In this document: positions 38,601 to 48,100 of the stretch, piece after piece
How positions within the stretch are numbered: the stretch's first letter is position 1
Layout: each line of letters opens with the position of its first letter
DNA from: Candidatus Eiseniibacteriota bacterium
GTDB taxonomy: Bacteria; Eisenbacteria; RBG-16-71-46; CAZAMP01
Length of the DNA: 64,000 bases
NCBI GenBank assembly: GCA_965224245.1
Contig: OZ245046.1
Span: forward strand, 2,528,001-2,592,000
Direction: 5' to 3'
Position numbers and translations under genes: made by a program
The notes under the pieces: generated by a model
Told to the model about the DNA's origin: nothing
The model's database searches: none
What the model saw: the letters and a program-made list of their open reading frames with translations, nothing else

Positions 38601-39160
38601 CCCCCGACGACGAGCCTCGCGCCGTCGTCGGCGTCGTCGATCGGCGTGACGTCCGCGCCGATCGGGACGTCCCGTCCATCGGCGCTCACCGGCTCGTGCA
38701 GACGCGCGTGAAGGCTGCTGGAGAGGGGAAGGTACCGGTAGCGAATCTCGAGTCGGAGCGTGTCGCTCGGCGCGACGCGGAGCTCGATGCACCCGCTCCG
38801 CTCGTCGGGAACGTAGTCGACGCCGGGCAGGAGCTCCCCGTCCGGGCTGCGTACCGAGAACGTTCCCAGGAACACCGGCGTTCGCGTCACGCAGGCGCGG
38901 CGCTGGCCGGGCGCGAGGGTGATGGTGTCGCGACCGTCGCCGACCCGGTGCTCCCAGATCAGCGTCGAGCCCGAGGTGTCGGGAGGCGCCGCGCGTTCGG
39001 ACGTCCGGGGCTCAGTCTCGGCGAGTGGGCTCGCCGTCGCCGGCGTCCGAGCGCCGACGAGCGCGAGCGCGAGACCCGCGAGGAGGACGCCGGCGATCCG
39101 GGTCGCGGCTCGCCTCGGGTTCGGCCGGCCGCTCGTCGGACGAGCGTCGTGCGCGTCCAT
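35660..39160 (-). CDS. Large secreted/outer-membrane beta-barrel protein of unknown function (SprA-like motifs)
   Basis: 1166 aa, signal peptide, two L..G..DY..D...G motifs, long amphipathic strand region, C-terminal ELRAYF beta-signal. Confidence 0.7.
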   Translation of the reverse strand: MDAHDARPTSGRPNPRRAATRIAGVLLAGLALALVGARTPATASPLAETEPRTSERAAPPDTSGSTLIWEHRVGDGRDTITLAPGQRRACVTRTPVFLGTFSVRSPDGELLPGVDYVPDERSGCIELRVAPSDTLRLEIRYRYLPLSSSLHARLHEPVSADGRDVPIGADVTPIDDADDGARLVVGGSKTFAVEVASNGDAALRQSLDLSIRGRLSPEVSIQAVLSDRDSPVTPEGTSSELEELDKVLVQLETRNARATFGDIEVSQTDGQFARYERRLEGAEVERTGERTDVLGVVANARGEFRSVEFFGIEGRQGPYRIGDLAGGTIVTIVPGSEEVVLDGERLSRGESRDYVIDYELGELTFMPRRAVTFDSRITVDFEVETESYRRGFAAGRAGYRSGDVFSIRAFAASETDDRDAPRGFTLDDDEKDLLASLGDEEPIGEAFAVREVAVGEGDYVEVAADAEAPRHFQWVGFEQNGNLLVSFVRVGDGLGAYVDSTLADGSVAYLFRGEGVGDFEPGRRLDSPRSHDLVDLELGWTLPRLTLSSELAASRVDENTFSARDDGDNDGLAGRAEMVLHGPTWADDAGGVRLRGKWRSISRDFEAFSRINDSFDYLDWNYDPTGLTDGDDRASAAIEVDAGDGSALSVEAARLRSGRAFDAERVSASVRRAGRLSGDADVRRTWSRRPEAGTSGRRDVARASTRYRWRALRPELRLRHERTDAETDTTSTGSRFVELRALLGVAPTGPLRLDVDVSERRDDTRGAPDRPSRDWARERTTRETGTQLSLTRWSFVGGQLEYRHRRVDATGAAAGGSTDLARLALDAEPWQGAFRARVDYRVTTEAFRPRIKTITPVAPGTGNYDMFGIFVGTGDYDVAITEADEEELLSRLDLAVRASFAGRNEPDASFLMRQVRVTSFVRVDQTTDLPFSRLINPLSGDLYATGPNSATSASTMRHELTFLPAERFSPRGRWERYRSFDGRFENVAEWREQDVVTAGVRAVPRERWSFGLDGVYERNADVVTVSDSTSSATSEEVFDTTRLEGESVYQPTSLWRVSLGASWGGTESPGRDGRETRVTLTPTVNVTPSRWGRIQLSVTWVEVRDRLDRVYPTFAFGLANASGVEWSAVADVRLREYLTLAGTLRAARPRGASTRYDGRMELRAYF

Positions 39161-40176
39161 CAGCGCGCCCCGGCGTCTCTCGCGGCCTTTCGGTCCACGG
39201 CGACCACGCGCCGGGACTCGGCGTCGACGCCGAACAGGCGACCTCCGGGATGCTCGACGATGCGAACCGGGACCGTCCCCGGCCAGCGACCGACGCGGGT
39301 GACGACCTCGGTCAGCTCGACGAGCACGCCGTCGTCACCGACCGCGACGGCGCCGAGGCGCGACCCCCCGACCGCCACCGGCTTCGCGCCGCCCGGCAGC
39401 GTGAACGATCGGCGCTCGGCGCCCAGCCCGTCGAACTTCGAGATCCGCGCGTTCCCGGCGTCGAGCACGAACACGTGACCGCCCGCGCTGGTGGCCAGCG
39501 CCGTGGGATTCCGCAATCGGCCCGCCGACGATCCGAGACCGCCGAAGACGCGAAGGCGTTGCCCGAAGACGTCCATCACGAGCACCGAGTGGTGATTGCC
39601 GTCGGACACGAACACGAGCCCGGACGTGTCGGTGGCGATGTCGGTGGGATCGACCGATCCCAGGCGATCGGCGGCCAGATCGAAGTCGACCACGTCGCCG
39701 ACGGTGTTTCCGAAGCTGTCCAGTCGCACGATCAGTCGCTCGTCCGGGTCCAGGAGCAGCACGGTGAGGCCCGTGACCGCGATCGCCCGGGGCTGGAAGA
39801 ACGGATGCACGTCGCCCCCCGACACGGACCAGGCATCGATCGCGCGGCCCTCGGCCGAGAAGAGCAAGAGCTCGGTACCCCGGGAGTCGAGCACGAGGAG
39901 CCGATCGCTGGGATCGATGGCGACGTCGATCGGGTCGCGGACTCCGGACGTGGCGTCCAGCACGAAGGCGATGGTGAGGGTGCCGGTCGCACGCCCGGCC
40001 GCGGCACGCTCGCCGTCCGGCGGCGTCCGGGGCTCGGTCGCGTCGGGATCGCCGAGCCGGGTCTCGATCGTGCCCCTCGGCGCGCGCGCGCAGGCGAGCA
40101 CCGTGACCCCGAGCGCGATCAAGAGGGTCGACCGGCAGGTGGCCCGGAGCGATCGCCGGCACGAGGGGGCGCTCAC
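39160..40176 (-). CDS. NHL-repeat beta-propeller lipoprotein
   Basis: Lipobox VLAC; repeats P.D(V/I)A.D..G.V.VSD..NH; start approximate. Confidence 0.8.
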   Translation of the reverse strand: MSAPSCRRSLRATCRSTLLIALGVTVLACARAPRGTIETRLGDPDATEPRTPPDGERAAAGRATGTLTIAFVLDATSGVRDPIDVAIDPSDRLLVLDSRGTELLLFSAEGRAIDAWSVSGGDVHPFFQPRAIAVTGLTVLLLDPDERLIVRLDSFGNTVGDVVDFDLAADRLGSVDPTDIATDTSGLVFVSDGNHHSVLVMDVFGQRLRVFGGLGSSAGRLRNPTALATSAGGHVFVLDAGNARISKFDGLGAERRSFTLPGGAKPVAVGGSRLGAVAVGDDGVLVELTEVVTRVGRWPGTVPVRIVEHPGGRLFGVDAESRRVVAVDRKAARDAGAR

Positions 40177-40192
40177 CGCGGGCCTCGCGGGC

Positions 40193-40981
40193 TCAGAAGC
40201 GCGCGGTCCAGGCAACCGTCGGCATGAGCTCACCGGCATTCCCCGGCCGGAACCCCAGCGAGAGCGAGGGCTCGCGATGCGAGGGCACCGCGCGGGCCGC
40301 GTGAACGACGGCGATCGCGCGGTTCAGGAGCGCGAACCCGATCATCAGCTCGGCCCGCTGGTCGGAGTCCTCGGACGCGGACACCAGCGAGCGAAAGCGA
40401 CGGCGCCGCTCGGTGCTGGGCCAGCGCCACTGCTGCTCCTCGGGGTACAGCTCCTCGTCGGGGCTGCCCTCGTCGCTCCGGATCGCGATGACGCGGTACT
40501 CCTCGTACGAGTCGTACTTGCCCATGTTCGTGTAGTACGTGGAGTCGTGCCCCTCGGCGTCGGCGACGCCGCCCCACCGCTCGGCGAAGTCCACGTACCG
40601 GTCCTCGCGCATGTCGGCCTGGATCCGGAAGCCGGCGAACGAGGCCCAGATCGCGGCCTCGGCGCCCAGGAACCCGTAGCCCCAGGCCGTGTGTCCCGCG
40701 TTGATCTGACCGAGGCCCGGCAGCACCAGCGAGAGAAGCATCGCCTTGACGCGCGGGCTCATGCCCCCGCCCCCGTCTCCGGAGGTCGCGTCGAGCGACA
40801 CGCGCGTGCCGGCATCGGACGCGAGCGGCTCGACGCCGAGCGAGACGCCATCCAGCACGCTGGGCGCGGACGCCCCCCGGTACGGGGACGCGTTCCGGGG
40901 CCCGGAAGCCTCGGCCGCGTGGAGCGGAAGCCCCACGGCGACCAGCGCCACGGTCAGTCGGCAGAGCGAACGGAGTCGCAT
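40193..40981 (-). CDS. Secreted/membrane hypothetical protein (paralogue of the next gene)
   Basis: Signal peptide, AMLLSLVLPGLGQ, YYTNMGKYDSY, C-terminal VAWTARF. Confidence 0.75.
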   Translation of the reverse strand: MRLRSLCRLTVALVAVGLPLHAAEASGPRNASPYRGASAPSVLDGVSLGVEPLASDAGTRVSLDATSGDGGGGMSPRVKAMLLSLVLPGLGQINAGHTAWGYGFLGAEAAIWASFAGFRIQADMREDRYVDFAERWGGVADAEGHDSTYYTNMGKYDSYEEYRVIAIRSDEGSPDEELYPEEQQWRWPSTERRRRFRSLVSASEDSDQRAELMIGFALLNRAIAVVHAARAVPSHREPSLSLGFRPGNAGELMPTVAWTARF

Positions 40982-40999
40982 CGATCACCTCTCTCCACG

Positions 41000-41974
41000 T
41001 CAGAACAGCTGTCGTCGATAGACGAGGTTGGCCCGGAGTCCACCGTCGACGTCGGGCTCGAAATCCAGGCGCAGGTCGCTGTCGGCGGCCTCGATCCGCT
41101 TGTTGTGGCCCTTCGCCTGGAAGAAGGCGTGGACGCTCGAGACGAGGTGGTTCAGCAGGATGACCTGCTTCATGCTGCGCGATTGCTGCAAGAGATCGTT
41201 GGCCTCGGCGCGCATGCTTCGATAGCGGGTGCGAAGCTCGGGGCTGAACCAGCCGCACTGGTACTTGTCGTACTTGCCGATGTCCTCGTAGAACTCCCGG
41301 GGGTTGTGGAAGTAGAAGTCGACGAGCATCGAGTCGGTCTCGGCGTTGGCGCGCTCGACGAGAACGCAGCCCTCGGGCACGTCCTCACCCCGGTACGCGG
41401 CGCGCCAGCGCTCCCAGGACCAGTTGCCTTCCTCGCGGAGGATCTCGTTGAGCGGTGCGCCCTCGGTGTCGTCGAGCTTGCCCTGCCAGGCGAACTGCTC
41501 GAACTCCTCGGTCTTCTCGTCGCCGTCCTGCTCCCATGCGGAACGGAGGTACCACGAGAGCACCTCGACGCCGGCGTAGACGAACGAGAGCAGGTTGCCG
41601 CGATTGACGTAGAACTGACCGGCGCCCGGAAGGGCGGCGCTGAGCCCCATCGCGAGCCAGGGGCTGCGCGGGCTCTCGGGCTCGTCCTCCTCGGCTGTCT
41701 TCTTCTCGTCGTCCGGCGACTTCTTGCCGTCGCCGATGACGCGCTGGGCCAGGAGCGCGTCGACGTCCAGCAGATGTTCGTTCGCGTACAGGACGTGTCC
41801 GGCGCCGGATGCCGGCACCCGACCGTCGGCCGGGGCGTCGAGGATCGAGGCCCGGCCGGAGCCGAGGACGGGACGGGTCAGGGGATCCGGATCGTGCACC
41901 GAGGCGGGGGAGCTCGACGGGACCACGAGGGACGCTGTCACACAACCGGCCAACACGAGGCTCGCTCGCACCAT
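41000..41974 (-). CDS. Secreted/membrane hypothetical protein (paralogue of the previous gene)
   Basis: AMGLSAALPGAGQ, FYEDIGKYDKY, C-terminal LVYRRQLF; ATG 41974 with RBS. Confidence 0.75.
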   Translation of the reverse strand: MVRASLVLAGCVTASLVVPSSSPASVHDPDPLTRPVLGSGRASILDAPADGRVPASGAGHVLYANEHLLDVDALLAQRVIGDGKKSPDDEKKTAEEDEPESPRSPWLAMGLSAALPGAGQFYVNRGNLLSFVYAGVEVLSWYLRSAWEQDGDEKTEEFEQFAWQGKLDDTEGAPLNEILREEGNWSWERWRAAYRGEDVPEGCVLVERANAETDSMLVDFYFHNPREFYEDIGKYDKYQCGWFSPELRTRYRSMRAEANDLLQQSRSMKQVILLNHLVSSVHAFFQAKGHNKRIEAADSDLRLDFEPDVDGGLRANLVYRRQLF

Positions 41975-42182
41975 CACGACTCCCACTCCGCGCGTCCTCC
42001 CGCGCGGCATCTCGGCGTTTCGCACCGCGTGACCGCACGCCGCCGTGTCGCGCGTCGAGACACGACACGGCTCACGACGCGTGCGCGGCGGCACCTGCAC
42101 TCCATACCACGTCCGGGGTCAGTCGGCGAGGGTCGGATCTCGGGGATCGCGGGCGACGCCGGGCGCCACCCGCTCGACAGAG

Positions 42183-43238
42183 CTAGAACCGGGCGGTCAC
42201 CGAGAACTTGTGCACGTTGTCGTCGAGGCTGGTCGCCTGCGGCACCATCGCCCAGTCCAGCGTGAACTGCCCGAGCGCGAAGCCGAGCCCGAACGTGGGG
42301 TCCTTGATGTCTCCGTCGGGATCGTAGACGTACCCGAGCCGCGCGGCCAGCGCCAGCCGCTCCTGCGCGTAGGCGACCTCGCTGCCGAAGTGCTGGATCG
42401 GCTCCTCGCGCGACCGGAACAGCGGACGCTTGAAGTCGGTGAGACGATCGAAGAACCCGGTTCCGTCCTCGGAGATGATGACCGGCTGGTTGAAGTCGTA
42501 TGTGAACCGGACCGAGACCTGATCCCCGTCGACCGGCTGGTACATCATCCCGAGCTTCACGATGTGTCCGAGAGGGCTGGACTGCCCCTCGTCGATGAAC
42601 GAGATGTCCGGGCCGATGTTGGTGAGCACCGCCGCGAAGTTGATCTTGTCGTTGGCCAGGGGACCGAACGTCAGGTTGCGATACAGGACACCGAGATCGA
42701 GCGCGAGGCTCCATCCCGATCCCTCGGTCTCGTCGGGGGTGGCCCATGCGGGCGCCAGGTCCACGTAGACGAACTTGCCCGCGGCGCCGAACCCGACGTT
42801 GGGGGTGACCTCGAAGCCCAGCGATCCGGTCAGCGCCACCTCGTAGCTGGTGAACTCGCCGAGGATCTCCTCCTCGTCGGAAACCGCGGTGGACTTGCCG
42901 TACGTGAGATAGATGATGTTGACGCCGGCGCCGCCGACACCCTCGAGCGGCATGCTGCCGCCGAGGTACTCGTAGTACACGTCGTCCGCGAGGCCCGGGA
43001 CGAGCTTGGTGTGCATCAGCGTGGCGCTGGTCTGGTCGGTGAAGGCGAGCCCGCCCGGATTCCACCACACGGCGGTCGGGTCCTCGGCCACGGCGATGTA
43101 GGCGCGCCCCATGCCGTCGGCACGCGCGCCGGGTGTGATCAGAAGCGACTGCGCGCCCGCGGTCGATTGCGCATGCGCGGCCGTGGCGAGCGCCGAGGAA
43201 CACACGGCGGCACAGACCCAGGCGATACGACGACTCAT
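42183..43238 (-). CDS. porV: PorV-family outer-membrane shuttle (FadL-like barrel)
   Basis: SLLITPGARADGMG.A..A...D..A.WWNPGGL, NIGPDISF, directly downstream of porU. Confidence 0.85.
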   Translation of the reverse strand: MSRRIAWVCAAVCSSALATAAHAQSTAGAQSLLITPGARADGMGRAYIAVAEDPTAVWWNPGGLAFTDQTSATLMHTKLVPGLADDVYYEYLGGSMPLEGVGGAGVNIIYLTYGKSTAVSDEEEILGEFTSYEVALTGSLGFEVTPNVGFGAAGKFVYVDLAPAWATPDETEGSGWSLALDLGVLYRNLTFGPLANDKINFAAVLTNIGPDISFIDEGQSSPLGHIVKLGMMYQPVDGDQVSVRFTYDFNQPVIISEDGTGFFDRLTDFKRPLFRSREEPIQHFGSEVAYAQERLALAARLGYVYDPDGDIKDPTFGLGFALGQFTLDWAMVPQATSLDDNVHKFSVTARF

Positions 43239-43624
43239 TGAAACTGCCTCCCTGACAGGCGTTGCCCCGTGTGGCTCGAAATGAAAGGCCTGCCGCGTTT
43301 TACCCTTGGGGGCTCGGTACGGTTCCGAAAAGAACGCCATGGATCGTAGCACGCACGCCCGCAGATGGGCCAGCATGCCCGCGCCGGGAGCACCCGTCAT
43401 CCGAGGATCATATCTCATTATCGATATGCCGATCCAACCCGGCCAATCACCTGCCCGCCACCAATCCCCGCTCGTCCGCAAGACCGCCGTGACCCCCCAC
43501 AGCCGGTTCCTTCGTCGGCTCGCCACCTCACCGTCCCCGTCACGTCCCCGGCGGAGGTACCCGCACGCACGGGCCCTCCCCCCGGCACGCGGACACGCCG
43601 TGCCATCCGAGAGCGCTCGACCGA

Positions 43625-43776
43625 GTGCTCGGGCGTGGAGGGGTGGGCTCCGCGGATCGTTGATCGCGAATCAGCATCCACACACCCCGCTCCGCCAACC
43701 GCCGAAATCCGCCGCCGTCCACTACCGCACCCACCCCCACCCGATCCGCGGAGCCCACCCCTTCGCGCCCGAGCAC
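43625..43776. repeat. 35-bp inverted repeat enclosing 82 bp (MITE/REP-like)
   Basis: 43625-43659 and 43742-43776 are reverse complements at 33/35 positions. Confidence 0.85.
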
Positions 43777-43830
43777 CCCCGAAGCGCCGAGAGCGGGAAC
43801 GCCCAACGCCAACGTAGGCCCGGAAGAAGA

Positions 43831-46800
43831 CTACCGGAGCACCGCGAGCCACCCCGTCCGCGTCTCCCGCTCGCCCCCGTCCCTCGGCGTGATCGCCACC
43901 ACGTAGTGGTACGACCCGTTGGCCACGCGATCGCGGTCCTCGTCACGCAGGTCCCACAGGATCGGATCCAGACGCCCCTCACCCGGACCGCGGGATGCGT
44001 CGAGCGTTCGGATGAGCTTGCCCGAGACCGTGTAGAGCTTCAGCTCGACGTCGATCGCGACGGCCACGTCGACGAAGAATCCGACCGGGGCGCCGCCGGT
44101 GGGGTTCGGATAGGCGAAAACGCGCTGCACCTCGGCCGAGTCGTTGGCCACCAGGAACACGTCCTGCGTGATCTGGGCGCGGTTGCCCAGGTTGTCGGAC
44201 GCGCGGACACGGATCGTGTACGGTCGTCCGACGGTCAGGGCGGTCGGAATGGGCAGCGTGACCTCGGCCTCGCGATAGTCGTCGCCGAAGACGATCTCGG
44301 GCGCCAGGTCGATCGTGACCACCGCGAAGCCACCGGGCTCCTCGATCGTCATCACCGCCGAGCGGGAGTCGAGAAGCTGCGTGATGTTGATCCCGCTCTC
44401 GTCGGTGAACCCGAGGTGGAGATCGCTCCGGATGGGAAGGGCGGCGGCCGGCCCGTCCAGCGTGAGCGTGATCTCCGGTGGATCCACGTCGTCGGGACTC
44501 CAGCCCGGCCTCGACTCCTCGGGGACGAAGATCCCGTCCAGGCTCGCGAAGGCGTCGGTTCCGCCGGTGCCGTTGACGTGGCAGCGAATGCGGGCCTGCC
44601 CGCGTTCGCCGCGACGCAGCCCGGCGGGCACCCGGAACGGCGCCTCGAACACGCCGTTCACGACCGGAACGTCGGCGCGATAGATCGTCGCGCCGGGCAG
44701 GCTGTAGTTCGTGGGCCGAACCGTGACCGGTCCCCCGTCGCACTCGGGTGGATCGTCGGTGACGTAGTCCTCGCGAATGCGCCGCTCCTCGGAATCGAAG
44801 ACCTCGACGCGTGCGGTTCCGGTGTATCCGGTATCGACGTCGCCGGCGAGCGTGAGCACGCGACCCGAGACCGTCATGCGCTCGCCGCGCCAGAGCGTGT
44901 CGGCGGCCGCTCCCCCGCGCGCGTCGGGAAGCGACAGCGTCAGCTCGGCCGGCCGTCCCGGCCACGCCATGGACGTCGCGGGATCCCCGAGAATGTTGTA
45001 CTTCGTGTCGTTGCTCGCACCCGCGCCCTCGATGCGCGCGAGGAGGAAGGCCTCGCCGAACGTGCGCAACGAGTCCGGATGCACGCTCCCGGACCGGAAG
45101 AGCCCGGTCAACAGCCGACGGTTCAGCGCCACGTTGGCCGACGAGCCGGCCACCGCCGCGGCCGACAGCGACAGCACCGCTCCCCCGCCGGGCTGCTTGA
45201 CGATCGTCTCGCCGAGACCTTCGCCGCCCTCGTCGAACTTGCCGACCGAGCACGAGGCGGTGACGAAGTAGTGATAACGTCCGGCGTTCTGCATCGCGGG
45301 CACGTCCGAGCTCAGGAGGACCTTCTCGTCGGACATCTGGGTGGAGCCCCCGTGTCCGACGTAGTCGACGAGCCACGTGCCCGCGTTGATCGCGCCCAAC
45401 AACGCGTCCCGCGCGCTCGACTTGTCGACTCCCCGGCACTCGAGGCCGGTGACGGGATCGGGATAGTCGACCAGGTAGATTCGCTCGACCCACATCTCCG
45501 ACGGAACGTACGGAATCAGGTCCCGCTCGGCCTGGCGCGTGTGTGTGAACAGGAAGGATCGATCCAGACAGAACCGCTGGCAGATGTCGTCGGCCACCAT
45601 GACCGCACGCGATCGCCAGTCGTCCCGCGCCGACCCGTAGACGTGCTGGCGGGTCTTGGTGACCATCGCGGTGGCGCCCGAGGGCGTCTGCGCCGGGATG
45701 CGTCCGATGGAGACGCTGGGGGGGTCGTCGTCGAGATCTCCGAAGATCCCGAAGTAGTCGTCCGACGGCCAGCTGGCCGTGTAGTCCTGGAACCACAGCG
45801 AGATCGAGTGGCGTCCGGCCCAGGCCGGCACGAAGTCCTCGCTGGACGCTAGCTGGAAGTTACGCCGGTCGAAGCTCGCGTCGCCCAGCAGCGTGACGTA
45901 GCGAAGTCGCGGTGACGCCGGCGCCCCGGGATCGCGATAGCGATCGTAGGCGAACTTGACGAACCGGCGGATCGCGCCGGGATCCTTCGAGCCGCCGGAG
46001 AACTCGGCGAAGACCTGGCTGATCGGCGCGAGGAGTACGCGCGGACTCTCCACGCCGGGCAAGACGTCCTCGCGGAGCGCCGCCAGGAGATCCGCCGCCC
46101 CCGAGAAGTCGTCGTAGTAGACGATCATCGCGTCCACGGGATCGGTCAGGTCGCGAAGGTACGAGCCGTTCGGCGGCTGCCAGGCGCGGACGACGACCGG
46201 CGAGATGCGCGTCGTCGAGTGGGCGATCAGATAGCGCCTCGACGTCGTGACGACCTCGGTCCGGTCGAAGGTCAGGGTCGTGGTCCCGCCGCTCCCGGTC
46301 ACCTCGCTGCCGGTGAGACGGATCGGGTTCAGGGGATCGGTCACGTCGAGCACGTCGGCGCTCGCGTCGGGGAGATTCGACACCCGGTAGCGCACGCGTC
46401 CGTCGAGCGCGGGAGAGCGGTAGACGAGGTCTCGTCCCCCCCAGCGGAGTCGGTACTTCTCCCACAGCTCGAACCACGCCAGGTAGATCTGATCGAACAC
46501 GCCCGGGGCCGTGGTGGCCCGGATCGTGAACTGATTGGCCCCGTCCAACACGAACCGCTCACCGGCCGACCAGGCCACGTCGAAGTCGTACGGAGCCGAG
46601 CGTCCGGACCACGTGAGCTCGGGCCACGCGTTGCCGTTGAAGCTCATCGTGACGCGGTGCGCCACGTTCACGTCGGCCCAGAGCCGGCCGCGCAGGCGCC
46701 CGGCCGCACCGGCGTCGTGGCCGGGCAGGTCGAACCGGATCAGCCGATCGCCGTCCTGGCTGGTCGTGCCCTCGTCCCACCACCACTTCTCCCAGCGCTC

Positions 46801-48093
46801 GCCTGAGCGCTTGGGGCCGGGGTCGTACCAGCGATTGCGCTCGATGTGGGTGCGGCGCGTGACCCAGTCGCGCTCGGCGACCGGCGTGCCGGACGGCGCC
46901 ACGTCGACGACCGACATCCGGCGTGGGGGATCGGGGAACGCGGCGTCCCAGGTCATCCAGTACGTGCGTCGCGACGTGTACTCGTTCATGTGCCACTCGA
47001 ACCGCTCCGTCGAATCGGCGAGCGCGACCGCATCGGGATCGATGTCGATCAGGTAGCCGTCCACGCTCGTGGCGAAGAACTCGATGCGATCGGACACGTC
47101 GATGTCGTCGTCTCCGCCGTCCTCGACCAGGATCGCCACCTCGTCCATGAACGCGTCCGGATCGAACGCGGACAGGTCGGCGGAGATCGGCCGGGCAGGC
47201 CCGGTGAACACGCGGATGGAGGCCGCGTCGGTGGGAAGCGGCAGCCCGGCACCCAGGATCTGGGAGCCGAGCACGCGACAGATCCCGCCGGCCTCGGTGT
47301 CGATGCGCAGCCAGCGGGTGGAGGCCGAGAATCCGGGCGTACCGCGAAGCGGGGGGGCCGGCGCCTCGGATCGGAGCCACCGTCGCGACTGGGGACCGTT
47401 GACCAGCGCGCCGTCGATCAGTGCGTCCCATCCGTCGTCGCCGTAGCGCGCGGGCAGCGTCTTCTCGGCCTCGCCGGTCGGGGGACCGAAGGTGAGCTCG
47501 AGCGACAGCGACGAGGCCGCCTCGAGCACGTGCTCGCCCGGACGCGTGCGAAGGGGGAACAGATCGAGGATCGCGATGCGCCGGTTGCGCCACCAGGTGA
47601 CGGTCCGGACCCGCGCGCGCTCGGCGGGGTACATCCCCTGCCACCCGTCCTCGCGCCACACCGGGGACGCGATCAGCTCGTCGAGGCTCTTCGCGTCGGG
47701 GCCGGGCACCGGTCTCAGCGGCGGCCCGTCCTGACGCCCGACGCCGGACGGCCGGGCTGAGAGCCCGACGACGTCGCGATCCGGCGGCACGCCGACCATC
47801 ACCGTGTGAACCGGCACACCGGGCCATCCCACCTCGGCGTGCGTGTCGAGCCCGGGTACGTGCGCAACTCGCCAGGTCTCGCCATGGAGCTCGGCGTTCT
47901 CGAACGTCGGTGGGTCGAACGTCACCGTGACGCGAACGGAGGTCTCGGACGAGGACTCCAGCGTCGCGGTGGGAGCCGCGGCCGCGCCGGTGACGACCAG
48001 GGTGGTCGCGGCGAGCGCGCAGCCGATGAGTCGTCGTCGAATGTCCCGGGGTGTTCGTCGGTCACGGACGGAAGTCCACATCGTCGTCATCAC
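43831..48093 (-). CDS. porU: PorU-like gingipain-family (C25) peptidase/sortase with propeptide and C-terminal FlgD-Ig domain
   Basis: EFSGGSKDPGAIRRF, LLGDASFD, SDDYFG, IGRIP, YVGHGG (His), TASC (Cys), NILGDP; CTD YPNP...LYTVSGKLIR...WDLRD.D..RVANGSY. Confidence 0.88.
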   Translation of the reverse strand: MMTTMWTSVRDRRTPRDIRRRLIGCALAATTLVVTGAAAAPTATLESSSETSVRVTVTFDPPTFENAELHGETWRVAHVPGLDTHAEVGWPGVPVHTVMVGVPPDRDVVGLSARPSGVGRQDGPPLRPVPGPDAKSLDELIASPVWREDGWQGMYPAERARVRTVTWWRNRRIAILDLFPLRTRPGEHVLEAASSLSLELTFGPPTGEAEKTLPARYGDDGWDALIDGALVNGPQSRRWLRSEAPAPPLRGTPGFSASTRWLRIDTEAGGICRVLGSQILGAGLPLPTDAASIRVFTGPARPISADLSAFDPDAFMDEVAILVEDGGDDDIDVSDRIEFFATSVDGYLIDIDPDAVALADSTERFEWHMNEYTSRRTYWMTWDAAFPDPPRRMSVVDVAPSGTPVAERDWVTRRTHIERNRWYDPGPKRSGERWEKWWWDEGTTSQDGDRLIRFDLPGHDAGAAGRLRGRLWADVNVAHRVTMSFNGNAWPELTWSGRSAPYDFDVAWSAGERFVLDGANQFTIRATTAPGVFDQIYLAWFELWEKYRLRWGGRDLVYRSPALDGRVRYRVSNLPDASADVLDVTDPLNPIRLTGSEVTGSGGTTTLTFDRTEVVTTSRRYLIAHSTTRISPVVVRAWQPPNGSYLRDLTDPVDAMIVYYDDFSGAADLLAALREDVLPGVESPRVLLAPISQVFAEFSGGSKDPGAIRRFVKFAYDRYRDPGAPASPRLRYVTLLGDASFDRRNFQLASSEDFVPAWAGRHSISLWFQDYTASWPSDDYFGIFGDLDDDPPSVSIGRIPAQTPSGATAMVTKTRQHVYGSARDDWRSRAVMVADDICQRFCLDRSFLFTHTRQAERDLIPYVPSEMWVERIYLVDYPDPVTGLECRGVDKSSARDALLGAINAGTWLVDYVGHGGSTQMSDEKVLLSSDVPAMQNAGRYHYFVTASCSVGKFDEGGEGLGETIVKQPGGGAVLSLSAAAVAGSSANVALNRRLLTGLFRSGSVHPDSLRTFGEAFLLARIEGAGASNDTKYNILGDPATSMAWPGRPAELTLSLPDARGGAAADTLWRGERMTVSGRVLTLAGDVDTGYTGTARVEVFDSEERRIREDYVTDDPPECDGGPVTVRPTNYSLPGATIYRADVPVVNGVFEAPFRVPAGLRRGERGQARIRCHVNGTGGTDAFASLDGIFVPEESRPGWSPDDVDPPEITLTLDGPAAALPIRSDLHLGFTDESGINITQLLDSRSAVMTIEEPGGFAVVTIDLAPEIVFGDDYREAEVTLPIPTALTVGRPYTIRVRASDNLGNRAQITQDVFLVANDSAEVQRVFAYPNPTGGAPVGFFVDVAVAIDVELKLYTVSGKLIRTLDASRGPGEGRLDPILWDLRDEDRDRVANGSYHYVVAITPRDGGERETRTGWLAVLR

Positions 48094-48100
48094 TCTCTCG

